Below are positions 47,653 to 57,126 of a DNA stretch of 64,000 nt, in pieces. Below the pieces are notes generated by a model. The model was not told where the DNA came from, did no database searches, and was given only the letters and a program-made list of their open reading frames with translations. The stretch lies in contig CAVOVB010000002.1 in assembly GCA_963699755.1 (NCBI GenBank), forward strand, positions 448,001-512,000, written 5' to 3'. The position numbers and the translations under genes are program-made. The stretch comes from an uncultured delta proteobacterium. Its GTDB lineage: Bacteria; Myxococcota_A; Polyangia; Polyangiales; Houyiibacteriaceae. Position 1 is the stretch's first letter. Every line of letters starts with the position of its first letter.

Positions 47653-50157
47653 ATGAAAGCCAAGGGCTCGCCATCCCAACAACCAGCGGTTGTCGAAGAC
47701 GACCGGACCGGAGTCGGTGTCAACACGCTGCGCCGGGCGATTCAGGAAAACCTTTTCTATCGCTGCGGCAACGTCCCCGCACTAGCGACCCGATCGGACT
47801 ATTACCTGGCGGTCGCGTACACCGTGCGAGACCGGCTCATGCAGCGTTGGCTGAGCACGGCCAGGGCTTTGCTGGCTCAGCCGACCCGCGTGGTCTGTTA
47901 CCTGTCGGCCGAGTATCTCCTGGGGCCTTCGCTGGGCAACGCGCTCTTGAACCTCGGCATCCGCGACCAAGTTGCACAGGCCGTTGCGTCGCTCGGGCAA
48001 AACCTCGACGAGCTCATCGACGAAGAACGCGAGCCGGGCCTCGGAAATGGCGGACTGGGTCGTCTGGCCGCGTGCTTCATGGACTCCCTTTCCACCTTGC
48101 AGATCCCGGCTGTGGGTTACGGCCTGCGATACGAGTTCGGCATCTTCCAGCAGCAGATCCGCGACGGCTGGCAGGTCGAGCGCACCGACAAGTGGTTGCG
48201 TCAGGGCAACCCTTGGGAAGTCGTCCGGCCGGAGTACAGCTATCCGGTGGGATTCGGCGGTCATACCGAATCCTACATGGATGAGAATGGTCGCTACCAG
48301 GCCCGCTGGCGCCCAGACACCGTGGTCAAAGGTGTCGCGTACGCCACGCCGATTCCCGGCTACAAGGTCAACAACATGAACATGCTGCGCCTCTGGGCTG
48401 CGGAAGCCGCCGAAACGTTCGACTTTGGAAGCTTCAACGTGGGCGACTACTACGGTGCGGTCGAGCGCAAGGTGGCCTCCGAAACGCTGACCAAAGTGCT
48501 CTATCCCAATGACGAGCCTGCGCAGGGCAAAGAGCTCAGGCTTCGGCAGCAGTACTTTCTCGTGTCGTGCTCGCTTCAGGATTTGTTGCGGCTGCACCAA
48601 GTTCGCGGCGGTCGGCCCGAAAATCTGAATGAAGGCTTCGCGATTCAGCTGAACGACACCCATCCGGCGCTCGCCATACCGGAGCTGATGCGGCTGCTGC
48701 TCGACGAGCACGGGATGAGCTGGGAGGCCGCCTGGCGAATCAGCTCCGAAACCTTCGCCTACACCAATCACACCTTGCTTCCCGAGGCCCTCGAAACCTG
48801 GCCGCTATCGATGTTTGGGCGATTGCTGCCGCGTCACCTGGAGATCATCTACGAGATCAATGCCCGCTTCATGGTCGAGGTGCGCGAACGCTTCCCAAGC
48901 GACTACGAGAGGCAACAGCGGATGTCCCTCATCGATGACCACGGCGGCGGCTCGGTGCGCATGGCTAATCTCGCCACGGTGGGGAGCTTCTCGGTCAATG
49001 GCGTCTCCGCCCTACACACCAACTTGCTCAAGACCCGTGTGATGCGGGACTTTCACGAGTTTTGCCCTGGAAAGTTCAACAACAAGACCAATGGCGTCAC
49101 ACCCCGGCGTTTCGTTGCCCTTGCCAACCCGGACCTGGCGGAGCTGATCACCGACCGCATCGGCGAAGCGTGGATCACCGACCTGGCCCAGCTGCGCAGG
49201 CTCGAGGGGCTTGCGGATGACCGCGAGTTTCAGGCGCAATGGCGGGCCGTCAAGACCGCACGAAAACGGGCTGCCGCCGAACGAGCGCATCGGCTCATGA
49301 AGGTCGAGGCCGATCTCGACTCGATGTTCGACGTCCAGGTCAAGCGCATCCACGAGTACAAGCGTCAGCAGTTGAACGTGCTCCACATCGTGCACTCGTA
49401 CCGGATGCTCAAGGAAGATCCGGGCTTGGAGACGGCATCACGGACCTTCATCTTCGGCGGCAAGGCGGCGCCTGGCTACAAGATGGCCAAGCTCATCATC
49501 AAGCTCATCAATTCCGTGGGCGAGGTCGTGAATACCGACCCGGACACTCGCGACAAGCTGAAGGTCATCTTCATCCCAAACTACAACGTCAAGACGGCCC
49601 AGCTCGTTTACCCCTGCGCTGACCTGTCCGAGCAGATATCGATGGCCGGCAAAGAGGCTTCGGGGACTGGCAACATGAAGTTCTCGATGAACGGAGCCCT
49701 CACCATTGGAACCCTGGATGGTGCGAACGTCGAGATCAGAGACTCCGTCGGCGCCGAGAACTTCTTCCTGTTCGGGCTCACCACAGACCAAATCGACGCG
49801 CTGCGAGAGTCGGGCTACCGACCCTACGAGTACTACGAGAGGAACGCGTCACTCAAAGGCGCGATCGATTTGATTGCCTCGGGTCATTTCTCACACGGAG
49901 ACAGGGCGCTGTTTCAGCCCTTGATCGACAGCCTGATCTATCGTGATGATTACTTCGTCCTGGCCGACTTTCAGTCCTACATCGACTGTCAAACACAAGT
50001 CAACCAGGCGTGGTCGGATCAGAAACACTGGACGAAGATGTCGATCCTCAACGCGGCGCGCATGGGGCCATTCTCCTCCGATCGTACGATCCTCGAGTAC
50101 AGTCGGGACATCTGGCGAGTTGAACCGAATCCGGTACAGCTGGCCGAAGTGGACTGA
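47653..50157 (+). CDS. glgP: Glycogen/maltodextrin phosphorylase
   Basis: LGNGGLGRLAACF, IQLNDTHP, YTNHTLLPEALE, KRIHEYKRQ, EASGTGNMKF, GTLDGANVE; RBS GGAGG. Confidence 0.98.
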   Translation: MKAKGSPSQQPAVVEDDRTGVGVNTLRRAIQENLFYRCGNVPALATRSDYYLAVAYTVRDRLMQRWLSTARALLAQPTRVVCYLSAEYLLGPSLGNALLNLGIRDQVAQAVASLGQNLDELIDEEREPGLGNGGLGRLAACFMDSLSTLQIPAVGYGLRYEFGIFQQQIRDGWQVERTDKWLRQGNPWEVVRPEYSYPVGFGGHTESYMDENGRYQARWRPDTVVKGVAYATPIPGYKVNNMNMLRLWAAEAAETFDFGSFNVGDYYGAVERKVASETLTKVLYPNDEPAQGKELRLRQQYFLVSCSLQDLLRLHQVRGGRPENLNEGFAIQLNDTHPALAIPELMRLLLDEHGMSWEAAWRISSETFAYTNHTLLPEALETWPLSMFGRLLPRHLEIIYEINARFMVEVRERFPSDYERQQRMSLIDDHGGGSVRMANLATVGSFSVNGVSALHTNLLKTRVMRDFHEFCPGKFNNKTNGVTPRRFVALANPDLAELITDRIGEAWITDLAQLRRLEGLADDREFQAQWRAVKTARKRAAAERAHRLMKVEADLDSMFDVQVKRIHEYKRQQLNVLHIVHSYRMLKEDPGLETASRTFIFGGKAAPGYKMAKLIIKLINSVGEVVNTDPDTRDKLKVIFIPNYNVKTAQLVYPCADLSEQISMAGKEASGTGNMKFSMNGALTIGTLDGANVEIRDSVGAENFFLFGLTTDQIDALRESGYRPYEYYERNASLKGAIDLIASGHFSHGDRALFQPLIDSLIYRDDYFVLADFQSYIDCQTQVNQAWSDQKHWTKMSILNAARMGPFSSDRTILEYSRDIWRVEPNPVQLAEVD

Positions 50158-50196
50158 GCTGCGTCGGTCGGTCCGACGCTCGCATGCGCAGTCCAT

Positions 50197-50931
50197 CTAA
50201 TAGCCGTCGATCGGCCTTGGTTTGGGCCCCTCTATCGGGACGCCTTTGGGACCGTCGATGGGGACGCCGCTCGGGCCCTCGATCGGCTCTCCTGCGGGAC
50301 CGTCGATCGGTTTGCCACTTGGGGCGATCGGCTCTTTCTTGGGAAGGGGCTCAACCACATTCTCGAGCTTCGGCGTCGGGACGCCCACGTCGTACTCCTC
50401 CACTCGTGGCGGCTGGTACTCGATTGTGACGACGGTAGTTACCTCTTCCGACGCCGTCCCACTGAGCGGCGGCAATGTCACGTCACTGGCCCGCTGCTCG
50501 ACACATCGCAGGTCGTTTGCCGAAAGCCCTTCGCCGCCTGCGCTCGGCTCGATCACCATCCCGGTCGGGCGCACCACGGCGCGGATGCTGACGCGAACGG
50601 TCGTAGCACTGGCTGGTCGATAGTCTCGGAGGCAGTCCGCGGGGCTTCCGATCGCAGCGCTCAACTCGGTCGCCAGGTCGCGAGCTGGCTCCACGGGTTT
50701 AGCGAGCCCCACGGATTCAGCCGCGAGAGCTTCGGAGCGTTCCGCTCCGGCAAGCTCTCCCCGGTCTTCGGTCGCCCCCGATGCCGCCAAGGCCTCAGCA
50801 GTTTCGGGAGGCAGCGTGTCCCCCGGTTCGGGTGGCAGCACCTCCTCTGCCTTCGATGGCTCTGTCGACGCTGATGGGCCCCTGCAGCCAGAGACCAAGG
50901 TCAGGACGCAGAAAACGAGGAGGCGAGCCAT
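50197..50931 (-). CDS. Lipoprotein with a TonB-C/AgmX-like domain and a Pro-rich repeat tail
   Basis: Lipobox LVSGC; DCLRDY...VRVSIRAVVRPTG...LRCV; C-terminal (PxGxPI[DE]G)x5. Confidence 0.65.
   Translation of the reverse strand: MARLLVFCVLTLVSGCRGPSASTEPSKAEEVLPPEPGDTLPPETAEALAASGATEDRGELAGAERSEALAAESVGLAKPVEPARDLATELSAAIGSPADCLRDYRPASATTVRVSIRAVVRPTGMVIEPSAGGEGLSANDLRCVEQRASDVTLPPLSGTASEEVTTVVTIEYQPPRVEEYDVGVPTPKLENVVEPLPKKEPIAPSGKPIDGPAGEPIEGPSGVPIDGPKGVPIEGPKPRPIDGY
50203..50322 (-). repeat. Five tandem 24-bp (8-aa) repeats
   Basis: PSGKPIDG PAGEPIEG PSGVPIDG PKGVPIEG PKPRPIDG. Confidence 0.85.
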
Positions 50932-51057
50932 GACCGCAGCTTATCCCGAACGGCCGAGAAGACGAGAACAGATTTCTCAAGGTCGGGAGCGGCGATTGAG
51001 GCGAGCCGGAAATGCTCGTCATCGGCGCGCTGCCATCGGTCTGCGTCGATCGTTCGA

Positions 51058-53382
51058 TCAGTCGGCGGGACGCTCGACCTCGTACTCCGCCGCGAGGGCA
51101 TCGAGCTTTCGGAGCTCTGCCGCATATCGCTCCACAGCCTTCGCTCGCCCCATCTGCTGGCTGTAGGCAGCCAACAATCGCAAGATCTCCCGATTGGCTG
51201 GGTAGCGCTTCCGAATCTGCTCGAGCGTTGCGACTGCGGCCTCGCGCTTCCCCGAATCGAACTGGGCCACGGCAAAGACATAGCCAAAACGGATCATCTC
51301 GGGACGAGTCTCATACGCGCGGCGGAAGTGCACCATCGCGTCAGCGGGGCGTTGGAGGCGAATCAAGGTGAGGCCGAGGGCAAACTCGATGACAGCGGGA
51401 TCGGCCGCCTTGTCCAGGGCTGCGCGAAGAGCCTCTTCCGCCTCTTCGTCTCGTTGCTGAGTTCGAAAAAGGTCCGCGAGATTCACATAGGCGGCGCTGA
51501 AGGTCGGATCGATCTCGAGCGCCTCACGGAGATTCTCCTCGGCGTGCTTGGAGTCCCCGGCCAGGATTGCGACCTGGGCCATGTCGACAAGGCCTTCGCC
51601 GCGATCGATGTTGAACGTCCTCGCCTCTATGTATTCGGCGCTTGCGCTCATCAGCGCAGCGCGGTCCGCCGGGCTCCAACCGTTGGCGTCAATCCCTAGC
51701 AAGGCGGCCACGGCCTCGACCCGAACCGTGCGCACACCGTCACGGATCAGAGGGCGCACGACCTCGACGCGCTGCTCGGGCGGCATGTCTCGGGCGGCCA
51801 CCGCGACCGATCGTCGAACGATCGGGCTTGGGTCGCTGGCGGCGCGCATCAGCAAAGCGGGGAGCGCGGGAGAACCGAGACTGCGGAGCTCGAGGAGCGC
51901 CGTCGCGCGGACGATGGCCGCTGCTTCGCCGACCGCGACGAGCTCCACCAGGCCGGACTCGCCTTCCGGCTCCTGTAGACGGGCCGCGTGCACGGCCTCG
52001 GCAAACGGATGCGCAATACGGATGTCAAAACGCTTTGCGATCTCTCGTTCCGCCCAGCTGGCGCTCTTGCCACCATGGCAACTGGTACATGCATCCGGCG
52101 CGCCGATCTTCGCGGCAAGTGCTGGGCGCGGGATGCCGAAGCGGTGGTCAGCGCGATCGTCGTTCACCATGTAGGTGCGCTCGGGCATGTGGCAGTCGGT
52201 ACAAAGGCTGCCTCGGGTCCCCGCCTCGTGAAAGAGATGCTTCGGCGTGTCGTAGACCTGGGCCTGATGGCATCGGCTGCACAGGGCATTGCCCTCGAAT
52301 CGAAGCTTCGTGCTGTGCCCGTCGTGGCAGTCGCTGCAAACGACGCCGGCGGCGTACATCTTGCTCTGAAGGAACGAGCCGTAGACGTATACTTCGTCTC
52401 TGATTTGACCGTCATCGAAGTAAAGAAGCTCGTCGAGGGCCGTCACACGGTAGCGGTCGTGGTAGCTGGCGCTGTCGCCGCCGAGATCGGCACGCCGGGA
52501 ATGGCAGGGCGCGCAGGTTTCCGTTTCATCACTCGGTGGCGACTCGCTCAGCGATGCAATCGATTGGCCTTCCCCGAAGGACCAAATGCGCTCGGCGGGG
52601 GCCGGAAGACGCCGTTCGAAACCTGAGTTGGCCGGAAGCGCCTCTTTTCCAGCTTCGGCTGATTCGACAAGCTCGACATGCAGGGAACCGGGGCCGTGAC
52701 AGGCTTCGCAGCCGACGTTGATCTCGAAGTACTCCGTCGAGTAGCGCTTCGTTGCCCGATCGTAGTTCTTTTCCACTGCCGTCGAATGACAGTCGGCGCA
52801 GGAGTAGTTCCAGTTGTAGCTTGGCGCAGTCCAGTGCAGCGCGTCGCCGGGCCCGACGTATTCGTCAGGCTGCAGGTGGAACCAGCGTTGACCACCCTGC
52901 TCCCTCGGGCGCGTATCCCATGCGAAGAGAAACGCCTGGAGACGCCCAGGTTCGATCTCTACGAGGTACTGCTGAAGCGGCTCCACCCCGAACGTATAGA
53001 TGACCGGAAAGCGCCCAAGCTTGCCGTCGGCGCCAAGCGCCTCCACGAAGAACGCATCTCCGTCACGAACGAAGCGCACCTTCTCCTCGTAGTACTTGGC
53101 GGTCACGTCGTCGAAGTCGCCAAGCACGGTCTCCGGCGTCGCCTTTTGCATTGCCAGATCGTGATGCGACCCCCGCCAGCTCTCGTGCTCCGCCTCGTGG
53201 CAGGACGCGCAGCTCGTGGTGCCAACGTACTCCACCGGCCCCTTCGGCCTGGGAGTCGCCGTGGCCTGCTTCAGCTCTGGCGCCCGATCCGGGTCGGCGA
53301 CGACGGCTTCTTCCTTCTTAGCGCACGCCGCTCCCGCTATGGCGAGCGCAACCAACAAACCCCAAGCTAGCCTGTCTCGCAT
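51058..53382 (-). CDS. Multiheme (8 CxxCH) cytochrome c lipoprotein with HEAT/TPR C-terminus
   Basis: CASCH, CADCH, CEACH, CAPCH, CSDCH, CSRCH, CTDCH, CTSCH; lipobox GAAC; TPRs such as AYVNLADL. Start is probably ATG 53382. Confidence 0.92.
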   Translation of the reverse strand: MRDRLAWGLLVALAIAGAACAKKEEAVVADPDRAPELKQATATPRPKGPVEYVGTTSCASCHEAEHESWRGSHHDLAMQKATPETVLGDFDDVTAKYYEEKVRFVRDGDAFFVEALGADGKLGRFPVIYTFGVEPLQQYLVEIEPGRLQAFLFAWDTRPREQGGQRWFHLQPDEYVGPGDALHWTAPSYNWNYSCADCHSTAVEKNYDRATKRYSTEYFEINVGCEACHGPGSLHVELVESAEAGKEALPANSGFERRLPAPAERIWSFGEGQSIASLSESPPSDETETCAPCHSRRADLGGDSASYHDRYRVTALDELLYFDDGQIRDEVYVYGSFLQSKMYAAGVVCSDCHDGHSTKLRFEGNALCSRCHQAQVYDTPKHLFHEAGTRGSLCTDCHMPERTYMVNDDRADHRFGIPRPALAAKIGAPDACTSCHGGKSASWAEREIAKRFDIRIAHPFAEAVHAARLQEPEGESGLVELVAVGEAAAIVRATALLELRSLGSPALPALLMRAASDPSPIVRRSVAVAARDMPPEQRVEVVRPLIRDGVRTVRVEAVAALLGIDANGWSPADRAALMSASAEYIEARTFNIDRGEGLVDMAQVAILAGDSKHAEENLREALEIDPTFSAAYVNLADLFRTQQRDEEAEEALRAALDKAADPAVIEFALGLTLIRLQRPADAMVHFRRAYETRPEMIRFGYVFAVAQFDSGKREAAVATLEQIRKRYPANREILRLLAAYSQQMGRAKAVERYAAELRKLDALAAEYEVERPAD

Positions 53383-53446
53383 CTGTCTTTGGTTTAGCGC
53401 GTATCGGCAAAACGGGACAGGCGACTTTTCGTCGGGATACACTCAG

Positions 53447-54952
53447 ATGGTGGAGATTGATCGGAGCAACGCGGTTCGGCTGGTTCGGTTTCTGGTTGGG
53501 CTCTTCTTTCGTCGGGTCGAAGTCAGTGGGGTCGAGCATGTCCCAAAAACCGGTGGCGGGATTCTGATCGCCTGGCATCCCAACGGGCTGGTCGACCCCG
53601 CGCTCATCATCAGCGGTTTTCCACGCCGGGTAGTGTTCGGAGCCCGGCATGGTCTTTTCGCCTGGCCGATCGTCGGACGCTTGATGCGCGCGCTGGGCAC
53701 AGTCCCGATCTATCGCGCAACGGATTCGACAGATGGTGACATTGAGGCACGGCGAGAGGCGAACCGGAAAAGCCTCGATGCGATGGCCCAGGCGGTCTGC
53801 GATGGAGGTTTTGCGGCCTTGTTTCCGGAAGGGGTGAGTCACGACGATCCGTTCCTCCAGGAGCTCAAGACCGGCGCGGCGCGGCTCTACTACCGTGCCC
53901 AGCAACTCTGCGCCGAGAACGGCGTTCCGCCCGTAATCATACCCGTCGGCCTTCACTACGACGACAAGACCATGTTCCGCTCCGACGTCCTAGTCGAGTT
54001 CCATGCGCCGTTGGCGCTGCCCAGCGAGCTCCTGGCACCGATTGCGGCAGGTGACGACGAGACCCTGCGCGCGCGAAGCGGCGCGCTGACCCGGGCCCTC
54101 GAGCCGGTCCTTCAAGAGGTGACCCACGCAACCGAAAGTTGGGAGCTGAATCAGATGATGGGACGCGTCCGGAGCCTGGTCCGAGCGGAACGGGCGAAGC
54201 GGGCTGGCGTGAGCCTCAAGGCGCCCGACATGACCGAGCGCTCGCTGGGGATGGCGCGGGTTTGGAAGGCTTACTACACGCGTTTGCAGACCGACCCCGA
54301 TGGCGTGCAGGCCTTGCTCGGTCGGGTCGAGACCTATGATGCCGCGCTTCGCGAAGCGAAGCTCGAGGACGACGACCTCGACAAACCGCCGCCGATCGAA
54401 TCCAAGTGGCTCCCGGTCCTCTTGGCTGCCCAAGCCGCCGTCGTATTCCTCGTGTTTCCGCCCGTATTGGTCTTGGGTCTACTGATCAACGCTGTCCCTT
54501 ACTTCCTCATCAACGTCCTCTCTCGCATCGCTTCGAGGCAATACAAGGACACCGCGACGATCAAGCTGCTCACCGGCCTGATCCTGTTCCCGCTCGCCTG
54601 GTTGATTTTCGCCCTGCTGGTGGGTCTCGGGCAGATCGAGCTACACAACTCGTTCGCCGGCATTCCGCGCGCACCCTGGCGCGCGGGGATCACGACCTTT
54701 CTGATCGGCGCCTTCGGCGGTGCTCTGGCTTTGATCTACCTGGAGCTGGTCAGCCGTACCTGGACGTCGATCAAGATCCGCGCGAAGCGCCAGTGGGGTT
54801 CCACCATCATCGAGCGGCTATCGGCCGAGCGGGCCGCACTCTACGACGCGATTGAAGAGATGCGCGAAGGCCTCGACTTGCCGGGGGATGTGCTTGGGGA
54901 CGGTCGGGTCGGAACGCGCGACTTCAGCCTCGACCCCGAGGACATGCCTTAG
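53447..54952 (+). CDS. Glycerol-3-phosphate/lysophospholipid acyltransferase with C-terminal TMs
   Basis: AWHPNGLVDP, VPIYR, LFPEGVSH, LKTGAAR, IIPVGLHY. Confidence 0.9.
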   Translation: MVEIDRSNAVRLVRFLVGLFFRRVEVSGVEHVPKTGGGILIAWHPNGLVDPALIISGFPRRVVFGARHGLFAWPIVGRLMRALGTVPIYRATDSTDGDIEARREANRKSLDAMAQAVCDGGFAALFPEGVSHDDPFLQELKTGAARLYYRAQQLCAENGVPPVIIPVGLHYDDKTMFRSDVLVEFHAPLALPSELLAPIAAGDDETLRARSGALTRALEPVLQEVTHATESWELNQMMGRVRSLVRAERAKRAGVSLKAPDMTERSLGMARVWKAYYTRLQTDPDGVQALLGRVETYDAALREAKLEDDDLDKPPPIESKWLPVLLAAQAAVVFLVFPPVLVLGLLINAVPYFLINVLSRIASRQYKDTATIKLLTGLILFPLAWLIFALLVGLGQIELHNSFAGIPRAPWRAGITTFLIGAFGGALALIYLELVSRTWTSIKIRAKRQWGSTIIERLSAERAALYDAIEEMREGLDLPGDVLGDGRVGTRDFSLDPEDMP

Positions 54953-55503
54953 CCGCCCCGACCTTTCCAGGGGATGTCTTGGATGCCGGCGCAGTGGTTG
55001 GCGTATCGGGCTAGAACGAAGAGCAGATCGCTCAGCCGGTTGATGTAGCGGAAGAGCTCGCCTCGAAGCGTCTCGTGCGCGCCGAGCGCGACGAGCGATC
55101 GCTCCGCACGGCGGCAGACGCAGCGCGCAACGTGAAACCTTGCCGCGGCCTCGCTCCCGCCTGGCAGGACGAACGACGTCAGTGCGGGCGGGCCTTCTTC
55201 GTATTCGTCGATCGCACGCTCGAGGGCTTCAACCTGCGCTTCGGTGATCAGGGGCATCATGCTCTTGTGTTTGCGCTCGGCGGTCGAGCCGAGCTCCGCG
55301 CCCACCTCGAACAAATCGTTTTGGATCCGATTGAGGAGGGCATCGAGATCCGCATCTGACACCTCAACGCGGGCCCAACCCACGGTGCTGTTAAGCTCGT
55401 CGACCTCGCCGTAGGTTTCGACTCGAAGCGATGCTTTCGACACCCGATCCCCACCGAAAAGGCCCGTCTCGCCAGTGTCGCCTGTCTTTGTGTAGATCTT
55501 CAT
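54949..55503 (-). CDS. pduO: ATP:cob(I)alamin adenosyltransferase, PduO type
   Basis: MKIYTKTGDTGETGL, YGEVDELNS, FVLPGG, CRRAER, YINRLSDLLF; ATGA overlap with fmt. Confidence 0.95.
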   Translation of the reverse strand: MKIYTKTGDTGETGLFGGDRVSKASLRVETYGEVDELNSTVGWARVEVSDADLDALLNRIQNDLFEVGAELGSTAERKHKSMMPLITEAQVEALERAIDEYEEGPPALTSFVLPGGSEAAARFHVARCVCRRAERSLVALGAHETLRGELFRYINRLSDLLFVLARYANHCAGIQDIPWKGRGG

Positions 55504-56447
55504 CTCTCGGTCCCTTCGCTCGAAAAGCAATCGCCGACCGCAACCCCGCGCCCACTGGCGAAGGAGCGCGCGTCGACCCGCTTCCGGCCACTTTCTTGAA
55601 GCTCCTTAATTTCGAGCGTGCCTTCGGCACAGGCCACGAGGATGCCTTCCCGATCAAGTGCGATCACCTCGCCGGGTCTGGCCCCCGCGGGATCGAGCGT
55701 GGTGGCGAGCGCGCGATGCACCTTGATGCGCCGATCGCCGAGGAGCGTGTATGCGCCCGGCCATGGATTCATGCCGCGGATCTGATCATGGACCGCGCGC
55801 GCCGATTTGTTCCATTCGATGCGGCCATGCGCCTTGTCGAGGACAGGCGCCATCGTGGCGGCTTCGTCGTCTTGGGGCCTCGGCGTGAGCTCGCCGGCCA
55901 CGTAGCGTGGCAGTTGTTCCCTCAGGAGCGCAGCACCCATTTTCGAAAGCTTCTCACCGAGCGTCGCAGCGTCGTCATCGGGTTCGATCTGGGTTGAAAC
56001 GCTTGCGAGAATAGGACCGGTATCCATGCCCTCGTCCATTTGCATGAGTGTCACCCCGGTCTCTTCGTCGCCATGGACGATCGACCATTGAATCGGCGCC
56101 GCACCTCGCCAGCGTGGAAGCAGCGAAGCGTGAACATTCACGCAGCCTGCGCGCGGGGCTTGGAGGACGGCAAGTGGGAGGATCCGTCCGTACGCGACCA
56201 CGACGGCCACGTCTGTCTCGAGCACGTGAAGGCGTTCTGCGAACTCCGCGGTCCGCACTTTCGTCGGTTGCCAGACGTCGAGCCCAAGCTCCAATGCGCG
56301 CTGTTTCACGGCAGGAGGACGCACGGAAAGCCCTCGCCCCGCGGGACGGTCGGGTTGTGAGATCACCTTCACGATTTCGCTAATCTCGTGCAGCGCATCC
56401 AGGCATGGCACCGCGAACTCGGGGCTGCCGAAAAAAATCGTCCTCAC
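55500..56447 (-). CDS. fmt: Methionyl-tRNA formyltransferase
   Basis: FFGSPEFA, SQPDRPAGRG, VVAYGRIL, NVHASLLPRWRGAAPIQ, MDEGMDTG. Confidence 0.97.
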   Translation of the reverse strand: MRTIFFGSPEFAVPCLDALHEISEIVKVISQPDRPAGRGLSVRPPAVKQRALELGLDVWQPTKVRTAEFAERLHVLETDVAVVVAYGRILPLAVLQAPRAGCVNVHASLLPRWRGAAPIQWSIVHGDEETGVTLMQMDEGMDTGPILASVSTQIEPDDDAATLGEKLSKMGAALLREQLPRYVAGELTPRPQDDEAATMAPVLDKAHGRIEWNKSARAVHDQIRGMNPWPGAYTLLGDRRIKVHRALATTLDPAGARPGEVIALDREGILVACAEGTLEIKELQESGRKRVDARSFASGRGVAVGDCFSSEGTER

Positions 56448-56453
56448 AAGCCG

Positions 56454-56969
56454 TCACTGCGCGGCGTCGACCGCGGCGCGCTTGGTCATCGCGCGATGCA
56501 CGATACGACGGCGCAAGACACTGAGATGGTCGATCATCAGCTCGCCATTGAGATGATCATTTTCGTGTTGAATCGCAATCGCCAAGAGTCCCTCGGCCTC
56601 GAGCTCGAAGGGGTTGCCGTCCTGGTCGAGCGCCCGGACGGTGACGCGCTCGGCGCGTTCGATGTCTTCGCGGATCCCCGGAAACGAGAGGCAGCCTTCA
56701 TTGAAGGTGGTTTCACCTTCGGCGGCGATGATCTCGGGGTTGATGAAGACACGGAGATCGCTCGGCTCTTCCTCGCCAGAGGCCACATCCACTATGAAAA
56801 GGCGCTTCGAAACGCCGATCTGTGGCGCAGCCAATCCGACGCCCGGGGCCGCGTACATCGTCTCCGCCATGTCGTCGATCAAGCGGCGCAGCTCGGCGTC
56901 GATGACCTCGACGTTTTTGCCAGGCTCCCGGAGCCGTTTGTCTGGATAGAAGAGTATGGGGCGAATCAA
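56454..56969 (-). CDS. def: Peptide deformylase
   Basis: GVGLAAPQIG, EGCLSFPG, QHENDHLNG. Start is probably TTG 56969. Confidence 0.97.
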   Translation of the reverse strand: MIRPILFYPDKRLREPGKNVEVIDAELRRLIDDMAETMYAAPGVGLAAPQIGVSKRLFIVDVASGEEEPSDLRVFINPEIIAAEGETTFNEGCLSFPGIREDIERAERVTVRALDQDGNPFELEAEGLLAIAIQHENDHLNGELMIDHLSVLRRRIVHRAMTKRAAVDAAQ

Positions 56970-57060
56970 CGTGGAACCTCCGAGCCGCCAAGAGCTGCAA
57001 GCCTTCAAAAGGTAAGCAGTTTCTAGCGCCGGGCAACCTAGGTCGCAAGATCGAGGGCGT

Positions 57061-57092
57061 TTGACAGGGCCGAGAAGCTAGAACATGTTCTA
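57061..57092 (+). promoter_or_regulatory. Promoter with a perfect 14-bp palindromic operator (KstR-type motif)
   Basis: TTGACA at 57061-57066; TAGAACATGTTCTA at 57079-57092 covers the expected -10 position; RBS AAGGAG at 57114-57119. Confidence 0.75.
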
Positions 57093-57126
57093 TTTTGCAA
57101 GCGAGCCGAAGCAAAGGAGCGCCGCA

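Noticed and set aside
57079..57092. The kstD palindrome read as a Gram-positive LexA box
   Set aside because: That box is GAAC-N4-GTTC. Here the spacer is 2 nt, and the downstream gene is not a DNA-repair gene.
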